Shown: positions 1 to 9,645, counted from the first letter of the stretch. The stretch is DNA of 49,627 nt from Pseudomonadota bacterium (GCA_021778035.1 JAJYCY010000001.1:22530-72156); one strand, 5' to 3'. The notes: generated by a model from the letters alone, not told the origin. Numbers and translations are program-made.

Positions 1-473
1 CACAGTCAGATCGCTGGCTGATGCGTTGACGCAAAGCTCCCCCACGGCAATGTTGCAGCACCGTCCGCTACCACACCTGCCGGAACAGCCGCTGCACGAC
101 GCGCTTCAGGGGTTCATATCAGACGCGCAGGAAGTGCGCAAGGGTGCTGTGTTCCCTGGTTCACCTTGTCTGCCTGGGCCAGTACGGGCCGGGAAAGGTG
201 CCGGAGAGCACCATCCCGTACGCCGGATTCCGGACTACGTCCAGGGCCGGGAAGACAGGCAGGAGACGATGCCCGGCTGCCACACCGGCAGCCTGTGTGC
301 TGCCGGCAGACTGCAATGCGCCGGACAGGGCGCCAGGGGCGGTCTCTGTGGTGGGGGTCGGTGTCGCTCCCCGTTACCTATGTGCCCGCCCCTACCGGTA
401 CGGGCGCCGGCTACAGCCCCCCGCCGCAGCAGGACTGAACGACAGGGAGGAGCGGTCGCCGGGGCCGGTTGTG

Positions 474-806
474 CTAGCCGGATTTCTGGTCCTTGAGTCC
501 ACCGTCGCTGCGGTGGTGGTCGGTCATTTTCTCCTTGTGCCTCAGCACCTGACGGTCCAGTTTGTCCGCCAGCTCGTCTATCGCCGCGTACATGTCATTG
601 TGCTCGGAATCAGCATGCAGCGTAGTGCCTTTGGCGTTTACCGTGGCTTCGACTACATGACGGTTCTTGCGTTTCTCGAAATGCAGTACCACGTTGGTGG
701 TTGTCATCTGGTCGAAGTGTTTCTGGATCCGTCCGATCTTTTCCGACACATATTTGCGCAACGGTTCAGTCACTTCTACCTGCTGTCCGGTCACTGTAAT
801 CTGCAT
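474..806 (-). CDS. hpf: Ribosome hibernation promoting factor (short HPF / sigma-54 modulation protein)
   Basis: MQITVTGQQVEVTEPLRKYVSEKIGRIQKHFD...DMYAAIDELADKLDRQV is typical of HPF/RaiA; lies directly downstream of rpoN. Start trimmed to ATG at 806. Confidence 0.93.
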   Translation of the reverse strand: MQITVTGQQVEVTEPLRKYVSEKIGRIQKHFDQMTTTNVVLHFEKRKNRHVVEATVNAKGTTLHADSEHNDMYAAIDELADKLDRQVLRHKEKMTDHHRSDGGLKDQKSG

Positions 807-828
807 GGGTTCCTCCATATCAACCGGT

Positions 829-2388
829 TTAAACCAGGGATTTTCTCTGGCTCGACGGGGGAATATTAAGCGATTCCCGGTACTTTGCGACAGTACGCCG
901 TGCCACATGGATTCCCTGTTCCTCCAGGATCTCGGCGATCTTGCTGTCACTGATCGGCTTGGAGGAGGTCTCGGATTCCACCAGCTTCTTGATAAGACTG
1001 CGAATTGCGGTGGCTGAGCAGGTCCCTCCGTCTGCAGTACTCACATGGCTCGAGAAGAAGTACTTGAGCTCGAAAATGCCCCGTGGGGTAAGCATGTATT
1101 TCTGGGTTGTCACGCGGGAGATTGTCGACTCATGCATTTCCACCACCTCCGCAATGTCATGCAGCACGAGCGGTTTCATCGCTTCCGGTCCGTGGTCGAA
1201 AAACGCACGTTGTCGGTCGACAATTGCCCTTGCCACCTTGAGCAGGGTGTCATTGCGGCTAGCCAGGCTCTTGATGAACCAGCGTGCCTCCTGCAGGCGT
1301 TCCTGAAGGTACTTGTTGTCGGCGGTTGCGCTCCCGCGGTGAATCAGTTTCTCGTAATGCGCGTTGATGCGCAGCCGCGGTGTTGTGCCGCCGTTCAGTT
1401 CAGCGCGCCAGACGCCGCGGATCTTCTTCACGATGATGTCAGGCACGACATAGCTTGCCTGCGAGGCCTGAATGCTCGCGCCCGGTCTCGGGTTGAGGTG
1501 CTGGATGACGGCAATGACGGACTGCAGTTCGTCGGGCCGCAGCTTGAGCGCCCGGCGCAGCTGCTTGAAGTCGCGGGCGGCTAGCAGGTCGAGGTTTTCG
1601 GGCCGCGCCAGCTCATTGGCAGCATCCAGGAAAGGCGCCCCAGGGGCCATGCTGCGCAGCTGCAGAAGCAGGCACTCGCTCAGGCTGCGCGCACCCACCC
1701 CGATCGGATCAAAATTCTGAATCTGGTGGAGTACCGCCTCGATTTCATCCAGATCCACCGTGCCCGTATCGTCCCGCGTGCTTTCTGTGGCCGTACCCTC
1801 ATTGCCGAGCGCCTGGCGGATCTCCTCCAGGCCGGCCATGAGATAGCCATCTTCATTGATCGCGTCGATGAGCGTCATCGCGATCTGGCGGTCGGAATCA
1901 GTGAACTGGGTCATCTGCATTTGCCACAGCAGATGGTCCCTCAGGCTCAGTGGGGCGCTGTTCCGGGCATCGATGTCGGGAAGGCCATCGTCGGTGGCTG
2001 GCCGGTCTGCCGTGCCCGAGGAGGTGTCGAAACCGTCCTCCCAGGCATCGGAAGCGTAGTCCTCGGGACCGGCCTCGGCATCCTGGGTTGAGGCGGTATC
2101 CGCCACCATCTCATCGACTGCGCCAGTTTCCTCTCCTTCCTCGGAGGCAGTCTCGCCTCCGGCGTCGGATTCTGCCTCGCCGCCTTTCTCCTGTTCAGTC
2201 TGCCCCTCGGCGTCATTCTTCCCGGCAGCCTCCTCGTCGAACTCCTCGAGCAGGGGGTTGGCCTCGATAGCCTCCTGGATCTCCTGCCGGAGCTCAAGCG
2301 AAGATAGCTGCAGCAGACGTATAGCCTGCTGCAGCTGCGGGGTGATGGTCAGATGCTGACCGAGTTTGAGATCAAGCGACTGCTTCAT
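829..2388 (-). CDS. rpoN: RNA polymerase sigma-54 factor
   Basis: N-terminal TPQLQQAIRLLQL region I, acidic region II, HESTISRVT HTH, RpoN box ARRTVAKYRE. Confidence 0.98.
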   Translation of the reverse strand: MKQSLDLKLGQHLTITPQLQQAIRLLQLSSLELRQEIQEAIEANPLLEEFDEEAAGKNDAEGQTEQEKGGEAESDAGGETASEEGEETGAVDEMVADTASTQDAEAGPEDYASDAWEDGFDTSSGTADRPATDDGLPDIDARNSAPLSLRDHLLWQMQMTQFTDSDRQIAMTLIDAINEDGYLMAGLEEIRQALGNEGTATESTRDDTGTVDLDEIEAVLHQIQNFDPIGVGARSLSECLLLQLRSMAPGAPFLDAANELARPENLDLLAARDFKQLRRALKLRPDELQSVIAVIQHLNPRPGASIQASQASYVVPDIIVKKIRGVWRAELNGGTTPRLRINAHYEKLIHRGSATADNKYLQERLQEARWFIKSLASRNDTLLKVARAIVDRQRAFFDHGPEAMKPLVLHDIAEVVEMHESTISRVTTQKYMLTPRGIFELKYFFSSHVSTADGGTCSATAIRSLIKKLVESETSSKPISDSKIAEILEEQGIHVARRTVAKYRESLNIPPSSQRKSLV

Positions 2389-2498
2389 TCGCGAAACGGT
2401 TTCTTTCCTGGTAACCGCGCCGGACGTGCCGCGTCCGCACCGATGGTCTTGTGCCTTTCCCTGTTAAAGAAGTCTAGTCCATTTTCGAGTCAGTTGAA

Positions 2499-2518
2499 TG
2501 ACCACCCGCGGGTGGTCA
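2499..2518. repeat. Perfect 20-bp palindrome TGACCACCCGCGGGTGGTCA in the lptB-rpoN spacer
   Basis: Equals its own reverse complement; function (hairpin, terminator or operator) not determined. Confidence 0.6.
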
Positions 2519-2624
2519 CCGGCTGACCTGGCGGTTCGTGCTGCTTCTTCCGATGCTGTGCCGGGAATGAACCGAATTGCTGTGCTGTGCGGTCAGGAAT
2601 GGCCTGGCTGCCGGAAGAGCGCTG

Positions 2625-3350
2625 CTACAGCCGGAAATCCTCGCCAAGATAGACTTTCTTGACTTCCTCATTATACAGGATTTCCGACGGCATGCCTGCG
2701 GCGAGTACCCGGCCTTCGCTCAGTATATAGGCCCGATCGCAGATTTTCAGGGTTTCGCGCACATTGTGATCAGTGATCAGCACCCCGATCCCCATCTGGC
2801 GCAGATGGGTGATGAGCTGCTGTATGTCGAGCACGGAAATGGGATCGACTCCGGCGAAGGGCTCATCGAGCAGGATGAAACGGGGCCTGGTCGCAAGCGC
2901 GCGCGCGATTTCCACGCGCCGTCGTTCGCCGCCGGAAAGACTGACCCCGAGCGTGTCGCGCCGTTCCGCGATGTGAAGCTCCTGCAGAAGCTCTTCCAGG
3001 CGGCGCTTACGCTCATCTGGTTTCAGGCCGGGAACCGTCTCAAGTATCGCAAGAATGTTGTCCTGTACCGAAAGCCTGCGGAAAACAGACGGTTCCTGTG
3101 GCAGGTAGCCGACTCCGAGGCGGGCGCGTTTGTGCATCGGGAGTCGGCCTATGTCGTGTCCGTCAAGCTGGATCGTTCCGCTGTCAAGTGGCACAAGACC
3201 CACAATCATGTAGAAGCAGGTGGTCTTGCCGGCGCCATTTGGACCGAGCAGCCCGACTACTTCCCCGCTGTGGATCTCGAGCGACACGTCCTGGACTATC
3301 TGGCGCGTTTTGTAGCGCTTGCTCAAGGCTGATGCGGAAAGGGTCGTCAA
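2625..3350 (-). CDS. lptB: LPS export ABC transporter ATP-binding protein
   Basis: Walker [62 protein letters not shown]-terminus; TTG start at 3350, 1 nt after the lptA stop. Confidence 0.96.
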   Translation of the reverse strand: MTTLSASALSKRYKTRQIVQDVSLEIHSGEVVGLLGPNGAGKTTCFYMIVGLVPLDSGTIQLDGHDIGRLPMHKRARLGVGYLPQEPSVFRRLSVQDNILAILETVPGLKPDERKRRLEELLQELHIAERRDTLGVSLSGGERRRVEIARALATRPRFILLDEPFAGVDPISVLDIQQLITHLRQMGIGVLITDHNVRETLKICDRAYILSEGRVLAAGMPSEILYNEEVKKVYLGEDFRL

Positions 3351-3351
3351 T

Positions 3352-3930
3352 TCAGGGCCTCTTGCCGGGTGCGTCCGGTCCAGTAGGGGTTTCTGCCGGT
3401 GACACCACCCGCGGCCGGATGACCGCATGCACCTGGTCGTGCGGAGAGCCGGCGACCGCGGTCATGACGCCCGTTTCAATGTTGTAATGAAGCCTGGCGC
3501 TGTGCAGCGAATTGTCTCCCTGCTGGAAGTGGACGTTGCCGTAGAGATCCAGACGCTGTTCGGGCGCGACATAGCGCAGACGCTGGGCCGAACCGCGGAT
3601 ATCCTGGCCGGGTGGAGGCACTTTCTGGAAAAAGGTGATCGGACTGCCTTGGGCCGATATCGTCTCGATGGCATTCCCGCGCGTATTTACCTTGGCCGTG
3701 GCTGCCGTGATGCGCAGCCCGCCCTGTACAAACTTCACGTGTCCACGGTAAAAGGCTATGCCGGTCTTCTGGTCAAGTTCAATGCGATCGGCGCTGATGT
3801 GGATCGGCAGTCTGCGTTCGGCCGCGAGTGCGGCGGCGCCTGCTGCACGCGGCGCGGCGAGCGCCAGGACCGGCCGGAATACCGAACCGGCCAAGGCTAG
3901 CGCGAGCACGGCATTGAGCGGAATACGCAT
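3352..3930 (-). CDS. lptA: LPS transport periplasmic protein LptA
   Basis: Signal peptide, [24 protein letters not shown] OstA-like beta-jellyroll start; lptC-lptA-lptB synteny. Confidence 0.9.
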   Translation of the reverse strand: MRIPLNAVLALALAGSVFRPVLALAAPRAAGAAALAAERRLPIHISADRIELDQKTGIAFYRGHVKFVQGGLRITAATAKVNTRGNAIETISAQGSPITFFQKVPPPGQDIRGSAQRLRYVAPEQRLDLYGNVHFQQGDNSLHSARLHYNIETGVMTAVAGSPHDQVHAVIRPRVVSPAETPTGPDAPGKRP

Positions 3931-4361
3931 CAGTCAAGCAGGATACGCAGCTGATTGGTCGTGATCTGGCCTGCGGGGGCCTTGCTGTCCTGGCCACGCA
4001 CGACTCTGACATCTCCGGTCATGAGCAGATCCTTGCCGTTATTGTAGACAAGGCCATGTAGCGCCGAGGTGTATACCGCTGGCGCACCCGGCGTGTACTG
4101 GATCAGGCGCGGATCGGTCAGGATGGCTGACTTCCTCTCCGGGTAGTGTACCAGGGTATCGGCGGACAGTTCGTATTTGGGCAGCCCGGCCTGATTCATC
4201 GCGGTCACGGTGAAATTGCGGATGATGTAATCGGGCTCGTTCTGCCCCCCTGGCCGCAGCACGTTCGCAGGCGTGACGAGCGCGTTCGGCAGCCATACTG
4301 TCAGCACCAGCAGCGACAGGAGGACTGCTGCAAGCATGAATTTGTTGAGGCTCCAGTTCAT
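3930..4361 (-). CDS. lptC: LPS export periplasmic protein LptC (short, 143 aa)
   Basis: N-terminal TM, PDYIIRNFTVTAMNQAGLPKYELSADTLVHYP motif; between kdsC and lptA; TGATG coupling to lptA. Confidence 0.85.
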   Translation of the reverse strand: MNWSLNKFMLAAVLLSLLVLTVWLPNALVTPANVLRPGGQNEPDYIIRNFTVTAMNQAGLPKYELSADTLVHYPERKSAILTDPRLIQYTPGAPAVYTSALHGLVYNNGKDLLMTGDVRVVRGQDSKAPAGQITTNQLRILLD

Positions 4362-4397
4362 GCGCTCAGGCTGTGCGGCGTCAGGTTATGCTGATCC

Positions 4398-4952
4398 CTA
4401 GAGGTAGCGCTGCATTTCAGCAGCATAGCTGCCCTGTGCGGCCATGACGAGCTCGCAGAGTTCGCGAGCCGCACCTTTGCCGCCGGCGCTCGGCGTTACC
4501 CAGTGTGCGTGTTTCCTGACGAGCGGGTGCGCGTCGCGGACCGCAACCGCGAAGCCGGCCCGCAGCATGACAGGAAGGTCAACGACGTCATCCCCCGCGA
4601 ATGCCACCTGCCCGCAGTCCATGCCCACCTGCGACAGGAGCAATTCGAAGGTAGCAAGCTTGTCAGCGCATCCCTGGCGGACATGCTGTACTCCGAGCTC
4701 GGCGGTGCGGTGCTCGACAATGCGCGACGTGCGTCCGGTGATGATGCCGACCTGCACGCCGTTGCGCTGCAGCATCTTTATTCCGTGACCATCGCGCGAA
4801 TTGAACGCCTTGTATTCCTCGCCGGAATTGTCCAGAAAAAGGCTTCCGTCTGTCAGCACTCCGTCGACATCGAACAGCACCAGTTTCACCGCGGCTGCCC
4901 GCTCAAGCGTGGAGCGGGCGACCTTGAACGGCAGATCCGAGCACCCAGCCAT
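4398..4952 (-). CDS. kdsC: KDO 8-phosphate phosphatase (HAD family)
   Basis: DVDGVLTDG, FNSRDGHGIK, GDDVVD, GGKGAARELCE motifs. Confidence 0.95.
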   Translation of the reverse strand: MAGCSDLPFKVARSTLERAAAVKLVLFDVDGVLTDGSLFLDNSGEEYKAFNSRDGHGIKMLQRNGVQVGIITGRTSRIVEHRTAELGVQHVRQGCADKLATFELLLSQVGMDCGQVAFAGDDVVDLPVMLRAGFAVAVRDAHPLVRKHAHWVTPSAGGKGAARELCELVMAAQGSYAAEMQRYL

Positions 4953-5950
4953 CAGACCACGCCTGCCTTGAGCAGGTCGTGCATGTTGAGGGCGCCGAGC
5001 ACGCGGCTGTCGTCGTCGACGACAAACAGCCCGCTGATATTGAGTGAGCGCATGAGCTGCACCGTTTCTGCAGCGAGCATGTCGGGGCGGGTGGTCTTGG
5101 GATTGCGGGTCATCACTTCGCCGATGGTTGCCCCATAGACGTCGATACCCCTGTTCAGCGTCCGCCTGAGATCCCCGTCCGTGTAAATCCCGACGAGCCG
5201 GCCGGACTGGTCCGTGATTCCGGTCATGCCAAGGCCCTTGCTGGTCATCTGCAGCAGAGCTTCGCGCAGAGACGCGTCGTCCGTCACGACCGGAATGTTC
5301 CCGCCGGTGTGCATGATATCGCGCACGTAGAGAAGCAGCCGCCGGCCAAGCTTGCCTCCCGGATGGGAACGGGCAAAGTCCGCCTGTGTGAACCCCCGGG
5401 ACTGGAAAAGTGCCATGGCCAGCGCATCGCCCATGGCCAGCGTGGCGGTGGTGCTTGAAGTCGGGGCGAGATTGAGCGGACAGGCTTCCTTTTCCACGCC
5501 CACGTCCAGATTGACGTCGGCCTGGAGGGCGAGGATTGAATCGGGGTTGCCCGTCATGGTGATGAGTTTCGTGCCCATGCGTTTTATAAGGGGCAGGATC
5601 GTCAGGATTTCGGCTGTTTCGCCGGAGTTGGAAATGGCTATCACGACATCACCCGGCGTGATCATGCCGAGGTCACCGTGGCTTGCTTCGCCCGGGTGCA
5701 CGAAAAATGCCGGTGTCCCGGTGCTGGCAAGGGTCGCGGCCAGCTTGCCGCCGATATGACCCGATTTGCCCATGCCCACGACGACTACCCGGCCCTCACA
5801 CGCCATCACGATTTGGCACGCACGTACGAAACGCTCGTCGATGCGACCAGCCAAGGCGGCCACCGCCGCTGCCTCGAGCTCGATGACTTCCCGTCCGAGC
5901 CGTGCCAGTGACGATGTTTCCGCGTGATGTTTCGCGATGTTGCGGGGCAT
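4952..5950 (-). CDS. kdsD: Arabinose-5-phosphate isomerase (KpsF/GutQ family, SIS + 2 CBS)
   Basis: GMGKSGHIGGKLAATLASTGTPAFFVHPGEASHGDLG, CPLNLAPTSSTT, HPGGKLG motifs. Confidence 0.96.
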   Translation of the reverse strand: MPRNIAKHHAETSSLARLGREVIELEAAAVAALAGRIDERFVRACQIVMACEGRVVVVGMGKSGHIGGKLAATLASTGTPAFFVHPGEASHGDLGMITPGDVVIAISNSGETAEILTILPLIKRMGTKLITMTGNPDSILALQADVNLDVGVEKEACPLNLAPTSSTTATLAMGDALAMALFQSRGFTQADFARSHPGGKLGRRLLLYVRDIMHTGGNIPVVTDDASLREALLQMTSKGLGMTGITDQSGRLVGIYTDGDLRRTLNRGIDVYGATIGEVMTRNPKTTRPDMLAAETVQLMRSLNISGLFVVDDDSRVLGALNMHDLLKAGVV

Positions 5951-5994
5951 AGGTTAACCTGTGTGAGTATAGCGAAACGGTAAACAATATCCTA

Positions 5995-7968
5995 ATGCAG
6001 TCAATTACTCTCGGACATATCCTTGTCCTTCTCGGTGTCACCGTGGTGCTGGTGGCGCTGTTCCGCTATCTGCGTCTCCCCCAGCTGCTGGCCTATCTGT
6101 GTGCGGGACTGCTTGTCGGCCCGTACGGTTTTGCCTGGATCCCGGATCTGAAAATCATCAGCCAGCTGGCCGAGTTCGGTCTGGTATTTTTGATGTTCAC
6201 CATCGGACTGGAGTTTTCACTGCCGCAGCTTCTGGCGATGCGGCGCATGGTATTCGGCCTGGGAGCAAGCCAGGTGCTGCTGAGCGTGATGCTGGCGGCG
6301 GTGGTGGCCTGGCTCTTCGGAGTGCCTGTCCGCGCCGCCATTGTCATCGGCGGGGTGCTGAGCCTGTCGTCGACTGCGATTGCCCTCAAGCAGCTTGTCG
6401 AGCAGGTTGAACAGCATTCCCGCCATGGCTGGGCGGCGATCGGGGTGCTTCTGTTCCAGGACCTTGCTGTGGTGCCATTCCTGATCGGCATTCCGGTTCT
6501 GGCCGGTGTCCAGACGCACTCTGCCACGGTCGCGCTTGCGTGGGCGCTGTTGAAGGGTGTGGCGGTGCTGCTCGCGATCCTGCTCGTGGGTCCGGCGATC
6601 CTGCGGCCCCTGTTTCATCGCGTTGCGCTCGCGCGCTCGCGCGAGTTTTTCATGCTTACCGTGCTGCTGGTCACTCTCGCCTCGGCGTGGCTGACGCACC
6701 GTTCCGGACTTTCGCTGGCGCTGGGCGCGTTCGTGCCCGGAGTCATGATCGGAGAGACCGAATACCGGCATCAGGTCGAAAGCGATATCCTGCCTTTCCG
6801 CGACGTGCTGCTCGGCCTGTTTTTCATTACCGTCGGAATGTTGCTCAACTTCTCCGTTCTGTACTCCCTTTGGCCCTGGATTCTCGCTGGACTGGCCGCG
6901 ATGCTCGGGCTCAAGATCGGTCTTGTCACTGTGCTTGGCCGGGCGTTCGGTCTGGAAAAAGGCGTGGCGCTGCGTGCCGGGCTGGTTCTCGCAGAAGGCG
7001 GCGAATTCGGTTTTGCGCTTTTGATACAGGCGCAGCGGGTCCACCTGATGCCGGAACGGCTGGCCGAAGGTGTGCTGGCGACCATGATCCTGAGCATGCT
7101 GCTTGCGCCATTCCTGATCCGCTATAACGGACGCATTGCCATGCGTGCCGTTCCCGGCTATCGCGAGCGCCGGCGCAGCAATCTCGATGCGATCCGTGCC
7201 GAGTCGAAGGGTGCGAAGGGTCATGTCATCATCTGTGGCTACGGGCGCAGCGGACAGAACCTGGCATGGATGCTGCGGCAGGAAGGAGTCCAGAGTCTGG
7301 CGGTCGATCTTGATCCGGTACGTGTGCGCGATGCCCGCGATGCCGGTGAACCGGTTATCTACGGGGATGCCGCCCGCGGCGACATCCTCGAGGCGGTTGG
7401 GCTGATGGAAGCGCAGGCAATGGTCATCAGTTTTGTGGATGTTCCGGTGGCGCTGCGCATTCTGGAGATCGTGCGCCGGCTGCGGCAGGGGATGCCGGTC
7501 ATCGTGCGCACGATGGACGACCGCGATCTTGACCGGCTCAAGGCAGCCGGTGCTGCCGAGGTCGTTCCCGAGAGCCTCGAAGGCAGCCTCATGATGGGGT
7601 CGCACTTGCTGATGCTGCTCGGTATTCCCGTTTCACGCGTGCTGCGCCAGGTACAGACAGTGCGCCGCGAGAGATACCGCATGCTGCACGGCTTCTTCCA
7701 TGGTGCGGGCAGCGAGGATGCGGAGGAGGAGTCCTACCGCCAGCGGCTGCACTCGGTCATGCTGCCGGAGCGTGCCCACGCCGTGGGTATGCGTCTGGGG
7801 GATCTCGGTCTTGACCGGGAAGGTGTTGTCGTTACCGCCGTGCGCCGCAGCGGCATCAGCGGTTCATCACCGGACGCTGACCTTCACCTCAACAGCAACG
7901 ATGTGCTCGTTCTCTACGGTACGCCTGAGGCATTGAGCCAGGCCGAGAAGACGCTTCTGCAGGGTTGA
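5995..7968 (+). CDS. CPA2-family monovalent cation:proton antiporter (Kef-like) with TrkA-N and TrkA-C domains
   Basis: About 12 hydrophobic segments, LMFTIGLEFS, LLFQDLAVVP, GGEFGFALL; HVIICGYGRSG Rossmann motif; divergent from kdsD. Confidence 0.92.
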   Translation: MQSITLGHILVLLGVTVVLVALFRYLRLPQLLAYLCAGLLVGPYGFAWIPDLKIISQLAEFGLVFLMFTIGLEFSLPQLLAMRRMVFGLGASQVLLSVMLAAVVAWLFGVPVRAAIVIGGVLSLSSTAIALKQLVEQVEQHSRHGWAAIGVLLFQDLAVVPFLIGIPVLAGVQTHSATVALAWALLKGVAVLLAILLVGPAILRPLFHRVALARSREFFMLTVLLVTLASAWLTHRSGLSLALGAFVPGVMIGETEYRHQVESDILPFRDVLLGLFFITVGMLLNFSVLYSLWPWILAGLAAMLGLKIGLVTVLGRAFGLEKGVALRAGLVLAEGGEFGFALLIQAQRVHLMPERLAEGVLATMILSMLLAPFLIRYNGRIAMRAVPGYRERRRSNLDAIRAESKGAKGHVIICGYGRSGQNLAWMLRQEGVQSLAVDLDPVRVRDARDAGEPVIYGDAARGDILEAVGLMEAQAMVISFVDVPVALRILEIVRRLRQGMPVIVRTMDDRDLDRLKAAGAAEVVPESLEGSLMMGSHLLMLLGIPVSRVLRQVQTVRRERYRMLHGFFHGAGSEDAEEESYRQRLHSVMLPERAHAVGMRLGDLGLDREGVVVTAVRRSGISGSSPDADLHLNSNDVLVLYGTPEALSQAEKTLLQG

Positions 7969-8113
7969 TGGCTGTCTGGCCTGATACCCGTGCCAGCTGC
8001 GGCCCACCCTGCAGCAACCCCCGGCGGCGTGCGGCGGCGATTCAACCCGGCGGCAACTTCTGGTAAGTTGGCAACTTCGCAACTTCGCCTCTGGCACTGG
8101 ATGCGAAACCGCA

Positions 8114-9124
8114 ATGAACACGATGCTGGCCGTTGTCATGAGCAACCCCGGCGAGCCGGATGTCCTGAAACCGGCTGAGATTCCGCTGCCCGGGCTTCCC
8201 GATCCATCACATCTGCGCGTGCGTCTGATCGCTGCCGGGGTCAACCCGGTCGACGCGAAACTCAGGCGCAATGGCACGTACTATCCGGATATACCTTCGC
8301 CCGTGCTCGGCTGTGACGGTGCCGGGGTGGTGGATGCCGTGGGTGCGGCGGTGCGGCGTTTCCGTCCCGGCGACGAAGTGTACTTCTTCCAGGGAGGGAT
8401 TGGCCGTGAACAGGGCAGCTATGCGCAGTATGTCACCGTCCACGAGGAATATGTGGCGGCGAAACCCGCGCGGCTGTCGTTCCTCGAAGCGGCGGCGCTG
8501 CCGCTTGTCGTCATTACGGCCTGGGAAGCCCTTCATGACCGGACCCGGCTTGCCGCCGGCCAGCGGGTGCTCATCCATGCCGCAGCAGGCGGGGTGGGGC
8601 ACGTGGCGGTGCAGCTCGCCAGGAATGCGGACGCACACGTTGCGGCCACCGTCAGCGGTGATCAGAAGGCGGAGTTCGTGCGTGGCCTGGGTGCCGAGCA
8701 CCTGATCGATTACAGGCTGCAGGATTTCGTCCAGTCGGCGCTCGACTGGAGCGACGGGGAGGGTGTCGACATCAGTTTCGATACCGTAGGCGGCACCACG
8801 TTCTGCCGTTCCTTTGCCGCGACGCGGGTGTATGGGCAGGTTGTCACCATACTGCAGACCTCCTGCGAGGCGGATGCCCTGAAAACCGCGAGACTGCGCA
8901 ATCAGTCGATCAGTTACGAACTCATGCTTGCTCCCCAGCTTCTCGGCATGCACGAGGCGCGTCGCGCACAATGCCGCATCCTGGAACGCGCGGCCCGGAT
9001 GGTCGACGAGGGCATGCTTGACGTGCATGTGAGCCAGGCGTTTCCCCTGGCCAGCGCCGCCGAGGCTCATCGCCTGATCGAGTCCGGACACACCACCGGA
9101 AAGATCGTGCTGAGCATCGACTAG
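8114..9124 (+). CDS. MDR-superfamily NADPH:quinone oxidoreductase-like protein (zeta-crystallin type)
   Basis: AAGVNPVDAKLR, VLGCDGAGVV, LIHAAAGGVGH, HTTGKIVL motifs. Confidence 0.88.
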   Translation: MNTMLAVVMSNPGEPDVLKPAEIPLPGLPDPSHLRVRLIAAGVNPVDAKLRRNGTYYPDIPSPVLGCDGAGVVDAVGAAVRRFRPGDEVYFFQGGIGREQGSYAQYVTVHEEYVAAKPARLSFLEAAALPLVVITAWEALHDRTRLAAGQRVLIHAAAGGVGHVAVQLARNADAHVAATVSGDQKAEFVRGLGAEHLIDYRLQDFVQSALDWSDGEGVDISFDTVGGTTFCRSFAATRVYGQVVTILQTSCEADALKTARLRNQSISYELMLAPQLLGMHEARRAQCRILERAARMVDEGMLDVHVSQAFPLASAAEAHRLIESGHTTGKIVLSID

Positions 9125-9198
9125 ACCGCTGTATAGAGGACAGGCTGGAGGCGATCCTGGCGGAACCTTTTATCGATCTGCTTGTTGCGCGTTCCCGT

Positions 9199-9600
9199 GT
9201 GGCCGACGCACCCGTAGACCGGGAGCTGGAGAGCGCGCTGGCGCGGTTCGATGTCATGCTGGCAGCCATTGCCTCGGATCTGCAGGTCGAATATTTCGGC
9301 CCGGAAGTCGGGCTGGGAGCCGGAGCCCATGTGTACCGCCTCGTGGTCCGCAGCCATGAGCGGGCGGGACAGGCGCCTTCGTGGTCGGTCCGGGTATGCA
9401 CGGCACTTCCGAATGCCGGGTGGCGCGCGGAGTGGACGCTGGGCGGAGCGGGCCGGCTGCGCAAGAAAGTCATTGTCTGCCGTCTTCCGGAATTCTTGTC
9501 GGGATATGCCGGGGCGGTACGGGCGGCGGGAAAGGCTTATACGGGTTCCGGGATGCGTATCACCGCCCTGGCGCAGCGGTTTGGGGGTACGGGGAGCTGA
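9199..9600 (+). CDS. Hypothetical protein (start uncertain; frame stays open upstream through about 9133)
   Basis: Fills the gap between the oxidoreductase and the convergent small ORF; protein-like composition; no recognised motif. Confidence 0.55.
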   Translation: MADAPVDRELESALARFDVMLAAIASDLQVEYFGPEVGLGAGAHVYRLVVRSHERAGQAPSWSVRVCTALPNAGWRAEWTLGGAGRLRKKVIVCRLPEFLSGYAGAVRAAGKAYTGSGMRITALAQRFGGTGS

Positions 9601-9645
9601 GCCGGTGCTGTGCCGGGGTGGTACGAGGGTCCCGCCGGCATCGTG

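Noticed and set aside
1-45. Possible start of a minus-strand gene (GTG..VNASASDLTV, e.g. hprK) running off the window
   Set aside because: Only 15 codons visible; not identifiable.
26-869. Plus-strand ORFs 26-496, 144-869 and 166-438
   Set aside because: Antisense to hpf or Arg/Pro/Gly-rich GC shadow frames with no motif.
7968-8066. 32-codon ORF TGATG-coupled to the antiporter stop as another bridge
   Set aside because: It ends 47 nt before the oxidoreductase ATG, so it does not bridge. It shows that post-stop ATGs can arise without coupling, as do the ATGs after the rsmI stop (40653/40657).
8092-8106. Sigma-54 promoter TGGCAC..GC upstream of the oxidoreductase
   Set aside because: GG-to-GC spacing is 8 nt, not the required 10.
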